Source: Candidatus Omnitrophota bacterium (GTDB taxonomy: Bacteria; Omnitrophota; Gorgyraeia; Gygaellales; Profunditerraquicolaceae). From it: 64,000 bases of DNA. The notes beneath the pieces are model-generated. The model was not told the origin of the DNA. It did not search any database and saw only the letters and a list, made by a program, of their open reading frames with translations. The DNA lies in NCBI GenBank assembly GCA_041650835.1, contig JBAZKL010000001.1, forward strand, positions 299,931 through 363,930, in the 5' to 3' direction. Within the stretch, counting starts at the first letter, position 1. The number at the start of each line of letters is the position of its first letter. This document shows, one piece after another, positions 9,884 through 17,641 of this stretch. A program made the translations under genes and the position numbers.

Positions 9884-11668
9884 TTAAAAAGATTTGGTAA
9901 CCGACCACCACACATGATGATTATCCCCGTCCACGCCGTTTTGATGAGTAAGCGGCCAGCCCGCGTCCAGGCGCACTGAAAAACCCTGGTCAGGCACGGT
10001 ATAGGTAAACCCGAACCCAACAGATGCGAGCGTAGTAACTTTCTTATCGTCAGGCTCTCCCGGGACAATAGATACCTTAGGGTTTTTAATGACCCCTTGC
10101 GCCCAATCCCAGAAGGTAAACAATTTTAAGGCATTATTCAATTTTGTCTTGGTAGAAAACGGCGCGTTCATGTCTTTAGGAATAAAATACGGAGGGAAAG
10201 AAAAACCCAGCGTTATCGCCCTGCCGCCATCCGCCGGCAACTGGGTCCGCGGATACCCCCTGTTATCGATCACGCCGCAATAACCTCCTATGCTGAACGC
10301 GTTCACTCCGGTGAGCGTAGCTGAAGAAACCTGCCAGCGGGCCTTACTGATAAAATCAATGCCGGCAAATAATGATTGCCGCCTTGCTACCGTCAAGAGA
10401 TTCTTGACATAATTGCCTTTGGCGCCCGCGACAGAGGCGTCATCTGATTTTATGGTCGCTCCATTAAGAAAATTAGGGATCGCCATTTGAAGGTCGTTCG
10501 TGATCACCCAGCGGCCGTAATTATCGGCCCGATTGAGCGACAGATCCCACTTAAGGACACGGAACTCATCCTTCCTGGTAGGATTATTATATTTCTCATA
10601 CGGCTTATACCACCAGATATCAAAATAGGTAAAACCATAGCTCGAAACAAACTCCAGGTCAGGCTTATTGATCAAATACTGATAAAACCAGAAATAGAAT
10701 TTTCTCGCCCGTTTCTCAAAATCAGTGGTCTCATTATCCTTATAATAATAATCCTCTGATTTATACGGCAGGAGATAAAACTGGAATTTCCATTTATTAT
10801 TAAGCGGTATACTATAATCCAGGTCGAATATCTTATGGGCATCGCCTTCAGCCCACTCGATCTTGGCAGTCAGGCTATCGTCATGGCCGGTGATATTATT
10901 ATGGATAAGAAAAGTTTTGTAGCGGTTATAGAGGATGGTCTCAGCGCCGTAGTTATCCGCCTGCAGGGTGGCATGCAGCGGAGATTTATCTTTTACCGTC
11001 AAGGTGACGTCTGCTGTGCCTGTGCTCTTATCCAGGTCGATCTGAATAGCCAGCTTTCTATCAGGATGCCTATTCATCCTGTAAACATCCAGATTAAGCG
11101 CGATAAAGTTGAACGGCTGTCCTTCCTTTAAGGTTATTTTTTTCATCAACAGATCCGTCGAGAAATTCTTATTACCTTGAATATTGATCTTGCCGGTCCT
11201 GCCTTCTACTGCCATAATTTCCAGGATACCCTCAGCGAGCTTATCGGGAATAATGTAGGCATAAGAGGTAATGTAGCCTTCGCGGCTGTAAGCGCGGTTG
11301 ATCAAATCCGCGCAGCGCTGCATTTGCCTGGCGGTCAAGTCCCTGTGTTCGTAATCTCTTTTGAGTTTATCGATAGCTTCCTGGGCCAGGAGGGTTGAAC
11401 CTTTGACGACAACTTCTTCTATACGCGTTGTCCCCTGGGGCAGCGTCGGCTTTGGTATAAGCGCCGCTACCTGCTGCTTAATTATTAAAACCGGGGCTTT
11501 CTCCCGTTTCTGCACAATTTCCTGCTCAATTAACTGGGCATGAGGGTCATCATCGCCGGCCCCCTCGTCAAAAGCGATCGCCCGGGAATCATTAAACAGG
11601 AATAAAAACGCGACAACAAAAACCACGGCAAATCCAATAAACTTCCTTTGCCATTTTAGGCTATTCAT
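9884..11668 (-). CDS. ShlB/FhaC/HecB-family (TpsB-type, POTRA + 16-strand barrel) outer-membrane transporter; no cognate TpsA adjacent
   Basis: Start moved to MNSLKWQ (ATG 11668..11666 preceded by AGGAGG). POTRA region IEEVVVKGSTLL...INRAYSREGYITSYAYIIPDKLAEGILEIMAVEGRTGKINIQGN is strongly ShlB-like. C-terminal barrel ends in F. Confidence 0.8.
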   Translation of the reverse strand: MNSLKWQRKFIGFAVVFVVAFLFLFNDSRAIAFDEGAGDDDPHAQLIEQEIVQKREKAPVLIIKQQVAALIPKPTLPQGTTRIEEVVVKGSTLLAQEAIDKLKRDYEHRDLTARQMQRCADLINRAYSREGYITSYAYIIPDKLAEGILEIMAVEGRTGKINIQGNKNFSTDLLMKKITLKEGQPFNFIALNLDVYRMNRHPDRKLAIQIDLDKSTGTADVTLTVKDKSPLHATLQADNYGAETILYNRYKTFLIHNNITGHDDSLTAKIEWAEGDAHKIFDLDYSIPLNNKWKFQFYLLPYKSEDYYYKDNETTDFEKRARKFYFWFYQYLINKPDLEFVSSYGFTYFDIWWYKPYEKYNNPTRKDEFRVLKWDLSLNRADNYGRWVITNDLQMAIPNFLNGATIKSDDASVAGAKGNYVKNLLTVARRQSLFAGIDFISKARWQVSSATLTGVNAFSIGGYCGVIDNRGYPRTQLPADGGRAITLGFSFPPYFIPKDMNAPFSTKTKLNNALKLFTFWDWAQGVIKNPKVSIVPGEPDDKKVTTLASVGFGFTYTVPDQGFSVRLDAGWPLTHQNGVDGDNHHVWWSVTKSF

Positions 11669-11699
11669 ATGCAGATCCTCCTTTTGCAGAATGCAAAAC

Positions 11700-11885
11700 A
11701 CGCCGCAGAAAGCGGCGTACTTGCCTATCCAATTAAGGCAAGTGCCGACGCAATACCGATCTGCGTCGGGTGTAAAACGCAAACGGTACACCCGCGCAAT
11801 ACCGTCGCAGAAAACGGCGTACCCAGCCACACCAGTAAGGCTGGGCGCGATGAGCGCGGGGTGTATTCGCTAAAAAAACGCCCGA
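11700..11885. repeat. GC-rich multi-hairpin repeat element, copy A (REP/BIME-like or structured RNA), upstream of the TpsB-FecR-OMP-CHASE2 cluster
   Basis: Units cgccgc-AGAAA-gcggcg-GTAC and cgtcgc-AGAAAAC-ggcg-GTACCCAGCC, plus hairpins cccagcc...ggctggg and cttgcc-tatccaattaa-ggcaag. Homologous to 55383-55566. Confidence 0.6.
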
Positions 11886-11950
11886 GTTTATCGACTATTA
11901 ATATAAAACATCTTAAAGGACACATCCCCCTTTGTCAAGGGAACAATTAG

Positions 11951-12847
11951 CTAACTTAACTCATTTATCAAAACGCCTTGATTCTCAAGAGGCACGGTAT
12001 AATACTGCAGGATATCATCACCGCTAAACCATTGATTATCCGGCCCTGCTCCTATAAATTTTTTTGTCTTAAGCAGCCGTCCGAGATCATCGTACAAGAG
12101 TTCCTTTGTCGCGTAAACGGCATCATCGGCGCTAAACCACGCTTCATCCTCACCCCGGCCGTTATGCTGAGCATGGTACTCACGGACCCGCAGCAGCTTA
12201 CCCTGGCCATCAAATTCGCTTTTGTGGTATTTCTCGACCTGGTCGTCAGGGCTGAACCATTTGTTGTCCGCGCCGCGGCCTGCGTACTCCACGTCTTTTA
12301 CCATGCGTCCTTGCGTATCGTATTCATAGGCCGTGTAGTATATTATTTCCTTCGCGTTGTTATACCGCACGTCCCTGGACTTATTGCCGCGGGCATCATA
12401 CTCATAGGCAACGCGATACTTCTGCCGGGAGTCCTTACCGTAAACAACCTCCCCGTCGGCTTTTTGCCGCGAATTATATACATACACCTGGTATTCCTGT
12501 AACGCGTCGTCGGGAGTAAAGATAAGGCTGTCCGTACCTGTCGTATAACATAATTTCTTCAGCATCCTCCCCTTTTTATCGCGCTCTGTCAGGAAATAAT
12601 GATAAACCTCATCGTCTGCGGTGAACCATTGTTTATCCGCTCCCGCGACATATTTTATTTCTTTTTCCTCGTATATATCATTTCCTTGCTTGCCGGAAGT
12701 TTTTCCAATTATTTCGGCTGCCCCCGTCTTCTCCAGAGAAAACCGCTCTTCATCAGTATCACGGAATTGAGCATACAAATACAGGGGATTAAAAAAGAAC
12801 CCTGAAGAAAAAAAGCATAAGCATAAAAACAATATTTTCTGTTTCAT
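11951..12847 (-). CDS. Secreted repeat protein with five W-F-[ST]-x-D-D motifs; unknown family
   Basis: Signal peptide MKQKILFLCLCFFSSGFFF. Repeated DKQWFTADDEVYHY / DNKWFSPDDQVEKY / DEAWFSADDAVYAT / DNQWFSGDDILQYY at about 50-aa spacing. Confidence 0.5.
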   Translation of the reverse strand: MKQKILFLCLCFFSSGFFFNPLYLYAQFRDTDEERFSLEKTGAAEIIGKTSGKQGNDIYEEKEIKYVAGADKQWFTADDEVYHYFLTERDKKGRMLKKLCYTTGTDSLIFTPDDALQEYQVYVYNSRQKADGEVVYGKDSRQKYRVAYEYDARGNKSRDVRYNNAKEIIYYTAYEYDTQGRMVKDVEYAGRGADNKWFSPDDQVEKYHKSEFDGQGKLLRVREYHAQHNGRGEDEAWFSADDAVYATKELLYDDLGRLLKTKKFIGAGPDNQWFSGDDILQYYTVPLENQGVLINELS

Positions 12848-12852
12848 GGGCC

Positions 12853-13929
12853 CTATTTCTGCGCTGCGCTGAAAGCAGGCTTTGTAATCTTAGTTGCCGC
12901 AGTTTTGACTATGCGAAACCCCGTCATTGCCCGGCTCATATCGCGGTAATCAAATCCCCGGTAGCTGTTATTAAACGCGTCTTGATCCGCTACAAAAGCG
13001 ACCTCAAAAGGCGGCCCCATCCCTTTACGGAAATTCGGGTCAGATATATAACATCCGCCGCGAACTGAGCGTAAAGGCTGGAATTGCTTAAAGAACGGCA
13101 GGTATATATACAGGCTGGGAGGCGGGCCTACGGGATCAATTTGCTTCTCGCTGCCGCTGTATTCGTTATACCAGTCATTACACCATTCGGCAAGATTTCC
13201 TGCCATATCGCTTAAACCCAATTTACTGTCTCCTTTGGGAGAATATGCCCCGACAGCAGCCGGACCGGATGTATAACTATTGACATTGGCATATGAGGCA
13301 TCTGCGTCCTGGTTACCCCAGGGATATTTCCTGCCGTCATTATATTGCGCCGCGTATTCCCATTCCGCTTCAGTAGGCAGACGGTAACCTGTCTTTCCAT
13401 ACACCTGGCAGGACCAGTCATCAAGATCGTAAAGCGGGGACAATCCCTCCTGCTCACCAAGCACATTACAGTAAAACGCCGCCCCATACCAGGTCAGCTC
13501 CAAAACCGGCAGGTTTTCTTTACCCGCGGCCGCAGAAAATTTACCGTCCTGATAGACTATCTGCGAATCTTCATCCGCCAGGTCCTGATATTTCTGCGCT
13601 GACTTGGATACGCCGTAGGCCTGTCTTCTTTTGGCCTCCGGCGCTAAATAATTCATATCCAGATAGCCTTTACTTAAGGCGTAATTAAGCATATCAGCGT
13701 ATTGCTGATTGGTTACCTCGTGTTTACCCATATAAAGATCATTAGTCAATACCACTTCATGCGCGGGCTTCGCGTTACTGAACGCTTCGTTACCCATTTG
13801 AAAAACACCCGCCGGGACCAGGACCAGTTCAGGTTTACCGGCCTCACTCTCGGAAAAAGCATGTTTGAAAAAAAATCCTGACCCCACGCATAAAATAACC
13901 GCCAGAAAAACGTATCTTTTCTTCATCAA
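12853..13929 (-). CDS. Formylglycine-generating-enzyme (FGE/SUMF1) family domain protein, secreted
   Basis: Signal peptide. LVLVPAGVFQMGNE, HEVVLTNDLYMGKHEVTNQQYADML, YRLPTEAEWEYAAQ, GNLAEWCNDW, VRGGCY and GFRIV are the FGE-sulfatase motifs. Confidence 0.75.
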   Translation of the reverse strand: MMKKRYVFLAVILCVGSGFFFKHAFSESEAGKPELVLVPAGVFQMGNEAFSNAKPAHEVVLTNDLYMGKHEVTNQQYADMLNYALSKGYLDMNYLAPEAKRRQAYGVSKSAQKYQDLADEDSQIVYQDGKFSAAAGKENLPVLELTWYGAAFYCNVLGEQEGLSPLYDLDDWSCQVYGKTGYRLPTEAEWEYAAQYNDGRKYPWGNQDADASYANVNSYTSGPAAVGAYSPKGDSKLGLSDMAGNLAEWCNDWYNEYSGSEKQIDPVGPPPSLYIYLPFFKQFQPLRSVRGGCYISDPNFRKGMGPPFEVAFVADQDAFNNSYRGFDYRDMSRAMTGFRIVKTAATKITKPAFSAAQK

Positions 13930-13955
13930 AGGCCTCTTCCTGTTATTTAACCGGT

Positions 13956-15563
13956 TTAGAACCCTAACCTGCAGCCGCTATTCTTGCCATCTTCGCTCTT
14001 GGGGAAATTTGCCGCGAAACGCAACGCAAAACGTAGATATTTAAAAGCCGGGCTTGACCAGACCCCGCCTCTATTTCCCGCGCCGGCCCCGTCCTTACCC
14101 GGCCAGCTGGATGTGTTCGCGAAACCTTCCGCGTCCAGCTCTCCGTCTCCGTGCCTGCCGTCATAAACGCGGCCGAGTTTATGGCCTACGGTTACGCATC
14201 TTTCCCAGAGGTTACCGCTTAAGTTACGCGCTCCGTAATAGGAAGCGCCGTCATTTATCTTCTCGAGTATACCTTCATGCCTGCTATTTTCAAAGACCTC
14301 TCCGCTTACCGGCCCCTCAAACCCCGGGTTATCGGGAACTGTTTTCTTTCCTACATCAAAGGGAGCTATTCCTCCTCCAAAACAAGCATTCACGAGCCCT
14401 TTTTGAGGGACCTTTTTTTCAAAACCGCTTCCGTCAGCGCCATCAAAGGTCTCGACCCTGCCTGCTTCGGTAGTGCCCCAGGCGCCCTCATCAACAACAG
14501 GATCTTTTGGGCCGCGGCATGCCTTTTCATATTCAAGTTCGGTAATAGGCCGTAACCCTGCCCAATCGCCGATCGCGGCGATATTCGACCAGGACATGAA
14601 ATTTACCGCGCGCGCAGGGGCATAGGTGTAAAAAATGACCGGTTCAGTTGTCCCATTGCCGCGTTTCGCGGTAACGATCGCGTTACGCAGATGTTCCTCT
14701 TCGCTATTTGTCTTAACATAATAATTCTTTATTCCATCCGCGCTTATATCCGACTCGACCATGCTCTGCTGCTGCTTCCTGTTCAAAGTATTTAAGAAAT
14801 CCACGAATTGTTGGGAAGTTAATTCATACTTCATAACCCAGAACGCCTTATAGCCTTTGGGGAATTCCTGAGGAATGGTAAAGGGAACATCCTCGCGGCT
14901 GCGGGGATTATCCTGGTCACAGTATAATGCTCCGTCAACTTTATCCACGGTGATCGGATCTTCAGAAGCGATCAAATAAGCGCCATTATCAGGAAAGGCG
15001 TAAAAAGCATTATCCGGGCCGGCCGGGCCTTTTGGATCTCCCACGTAATGCTTATCCTGCGGAACATAGACCATTTCAATGCCAAAAACTTTTACCCGGG
15101 CTTTCAAGGCCGTCTCATCGCTGACGCCATCCTGAGCATAATCCCAGATAAACCCGACATTCTTGGAAACAAGGTTCCCGCTCCCTTTAGTTTTATAAAT
15201 AAAAAATCCTTTTTTCTCTTCGGGCACCCACATTCCCGCATCCGCATTCTCGCCCTTTGAGAATAACTCAGGGGTATGGTCCGCGTAATCAAAAGCAGTG
15301 ACGCTGGAGGCCTTCAATGAAACATGCTGCCACGCGCCGCCGGGAGCCTGAAATTTAGCGAAGACCCAAACCCCGTCGCAATTAGTATCGTTCTTCCAGG
15401 CATTATCCCAGGAAACATTACATTGGACCTTGGCTGTTTTTTTCTTGGTATTAACTTCGCTGATACGCGCATTCTCGATCTTTAAATGGCTGGCAAAAAC
15501 ATTATTATAAGAAAACATGATCATTAATCCCGCCAGCAAAGAACCAAAAAACTTACTTCTCAT
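13956..15563 (-). CDS. FGE/SUMF1-family domain protein with about 170-aa N-terminal extra domain, secreted
   Basis: Signal peptide. FWVMKYELTSQQFVDFLN, LRPITELEYEKACRG, GNLWERCV, RGGVWSS, CRLGF. Confidence 0.65.
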   Translation of the reverse strand: MRSKFFGSLLAGLMIMFSYNNVFASHLKIENARISEVNTKKKTAKVQCNVSWDNAWKNDTNCDGVWVFAKFQAPGGAWQHVSLKASSVTAFDYADHTPELFSKGENADAGMWVPEEKKGFFIYKTKGSGNLVSKNVGFIWDYAQDGVSDETALKARVKVFGIEMVYVPQDKHYVGDPKGPAGPDNAFYAFPDNGAYLIASEDPITVDKVDGALYCDQDNPRSREDVPFTIPQEFPKGYKAFWVMKYELTSQQFVDFLNTLNRKQQQSMVESDISADGIKNYYVKTNSEEEHLRNAIVTAKRGNGTTEPVIFYTYAPARAVNFMSWSNIAAIGDWAGLRPITELEYEKACRGPKDPVVDEGAWGTTEAGRVETFDGADGSGFEKKVPQKGLVNACFGGGIAPFDVGKKTVPDNPGFEGPVSGEVFENSRHEGILEKINDGASYYGARNLSGNLWERCVTVGHKLGRVYDGRHGDGELDAEGFANTSSWPGKDGAGAGNRGGVWSSPAFKYLRFALRFAANFPKSEDGKNSGCRLGF

Positions 15564-15578
15564 ATATTCCTCCTCTTT

Positions 15579-17006
15579 TTAATGCATGTGGCCTTTAACA
15601 GAAGCGTATTGATTAAAACCTCCCTTACGCGCGGTTTTTACAGCGCTGACCAGCCCGGCAAATGTCGCGATCAACAGTCCCAGGGCGAGAAAATTGAACT
15701 GCCCGCGGAAAACATCCTTCCCGGGGAAGGAAGAAGCAATTTTCAAGATCACCGGGGAAAGGAATTGCCCCAGGTAGATACCCACGCTTACTACAGCCAT
15801 GGCAAATGCCCGGGAAGTTTCAGGAGTGATCCTGGCCGCGCGCAGCAATAAAAGCGGCATTAAGATGCCGGAGCTAAAACCGATACAGAGCATTGAGAAT
15901 AAAACCCCGGCTAAAGACGACACCGAGCCCAAAACAGCGTATCCGGCCGCCATAGCCGCGATGCCTATAACAGAACAATAAGGGCCAAACCAACGCAAGA
16001 GCATAGCCAGAATGATCCCGGATAACACTCCCACCAGTGTCATCGCGGAAAGGAAATATCCCGCGATCCCCGGCCTGCCTAAGCGCTCCGCGGAAACGAT
16101 CAATCTATCATCTTGTTTAAGCACTATATATTTCTTATTCTTATCGGTAATACTCCAGCGCTTGCCCTGCTCTTCCGCGGCAAATACCGCGTTTTCCGAA
16201 AGAATGATCCCGTTATTCTTAAAAGACTCTCTGGTAACCTGAGAAATGATCCCCTTCTCTAAATAAGCCTCTAACTCCGCCTTATCCTTAAATAACGGCG
16301 TAACGCTTGTATACATCTGCCGTTCATTTTCTATGAACATTGCCAGATTTGTAGGCGCGGCGTAAAAAGCGACCATCATCAGGGCGCCCAAAACAGCGCA
16401 GAGATATACCCCGCCGGGAAGCTTGGATTTTACTAAACCGGCGGTTTTCTTAACTTCAGGTTCAGGCAGCCAGAAGAAAACCGTGAACATGATCAAGACT
16501 GATAATCCGTATACGCCAAAGGCATAGCGCCAGTTCATGCATGCCAGCCATCCGGAAAGCAAGAGGAATACCACCCCGCCGAAATGGGATACAGAACCGG
16601 AAAGCCCCATCATCTTAGCGCGTTCTTCCTTTTCGTAAAAGTCAGCGATCAAGCTGATGGAAAGCGGAATGATCAAACCGACGCCGATCCCGAAAATACC
16701 GCGGATGATCAATAACTGGGTTATGGTTTGCGCAAATCCTCCGCCTATGCCTCCCAGGAAATAAATAAAAAGGCCGATCAAAAGGATGTTCTTTTTCTTC
16801 GTCCGGGAAGCAAGCCATCCCCCGAGCAGGCTGAAAGGGATGATCAATAACGAAGGCAGCGTCAAGACCAGCTTTATCAAAGTTATATCCGTGTCAGGGA
16901 ATGCCTGGCGTATCTTGGCTAATGCCGGAGAAATCGCCGCGGACGCCATAACCGTCAAAAGAGATATTGAAAGGATACTTATTTTTACCAGAAGATTATT
17001 CATCAA
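15579..17006 (-). CDS. MFS transporter with about 100-aa cytoplasmic insertion between the two six-helix halves
   Basis: 12 TM pattern. Insertion ENERQMYTSV...VSAERLGRPGIAGYF is hydrophilic. Conserved MFS motif-A-like GxLaDRxGrkk region (LGGWLASRTKKK). Confidence 0.7.
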   Translation of the reverse strand: MMNNLLVKISILSISLLTVMASAAISPALAKIRQAFPDTDITLIKLVLTLPSLLIIPFSLLGGWLASRTKKKNILLIGLFIYFLGGIGGGFAQTITQLLIIRGIFGIGVGLIIPLSISLIADFYEKEERAKMMGLSGSVSHFGGVVFLLLSGWLACMNWRYAFGVYGLSVLIMFTVFFWLPEPEVKKTAGLVKSKLPGGVYLCAVLGALMMVAFYAAPTNLAMFIENERQMYTSVTPLFKDKAELEAYLEKGIISQVTRESFKNNGIILSENAVFAAEEQGKRWSITDKNKKYIVLKQDDRLIVSAERLGRPGIAGYFLSAMTLVGVLSGIILAMLLRWFGPYCSVIGIAAMAAGYAVLGSVSSLAGVLFSMLCIGFSSGILMPLLLLRAARITPETSRAFAMAVVSVGIYLGQFLSPVILKIASSFPGKDVFRGQFNFLALGLLIATFAGLVSAVKTARKGGFNQYASVKGHMH

Positions 17007-17596
17007 TTCCCGCCTTCCAGAGCATAGGCAAGCGCCTCGCCGAAATCCCCCGCCGAACCGGGCCCGTCAGCGGTAATTATTTTACCGTCTTTCTCGACAG
17101 GTTGAGCGGTATAATCGACTCCGGCGGACTTAAGCTTATCCGCTTCGCTCGGATATACGGTTGCTTTTTTGCCTTTTAAGATGCCGGCATTGGTCAATAT
17201 TACCGGAGCCAGGCAAATGCCGCCGACGATCTTATTTTGCGCGACTCCATCTTGCGCTAATTTATGGGCAACAGGGTCATCGAGGTACTGCGCTGCCCCC
17301 GGACCGCCGATAAATACTATCGCGTCGAAATCTTCTGCCGCAACATCCTTAAGCAGCATATCAGGCTTTGCCTTCATGCCGCCGGTCCCGGTAGCTTCTT
17401 GGAGCTTTGTTGAAGCAACCGTTACAGAAATGCCGCGGGCTTTAAGCGCTTCCAGGGGCTTGGCAAATTCATCGTCTTGAAAATTCTCCTGGGCAATGAT
17501 GAAGACCGCTTTTTTAGTGCCTTGAGCATAGCTCAAGTTAAGATAAAATACAACCGGCACAATGAAAGCAATTATTATACTCAAGATCTTTTTCAT
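17003..17596 (-). CDS. DJ-1/PfpI family protein, secreted (signal peptide)
   Basis: Nucleophile-elbow IVGGICLAPVIL with Cys. Overall PfpI layout. N-terminal MKKILSIIIAFIVPVVFYLNLSYAQG signal. Confidence 0.7.
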   Translation of the reverse strand: MKKILSIIIAFIVPVVFYLNLSYAQGTKKAVFIIAQENFQDDEFAKPLEALKARGISVTVASTKLQEATGTGGMKAKPDMLLKDVAAEDFDAIVFIGGPGAAQYLDDPVAHKLAQDGVAQNKIVGGICLAPVILTNAGILKGKKATVYPSEADKLKSAGVDYTAQPVEKDGKIITADGPGSAGDFGEALAYALEGGN

Positions 17597-17641
17597 TTCT
17601 TGTCCCTTTCTTTAACATGTCATTGCGGACACGATAAAAAA

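Noticed and set aside
13984-14555. Arg/Pro-rich plus-strand ORFs (139 aa, 92 aa) opposite the FGE gene
   Set aside because: Compositionally extreme (R/P/L-rich) antisense translation of a GC-rich coding stretch, not a real gene.
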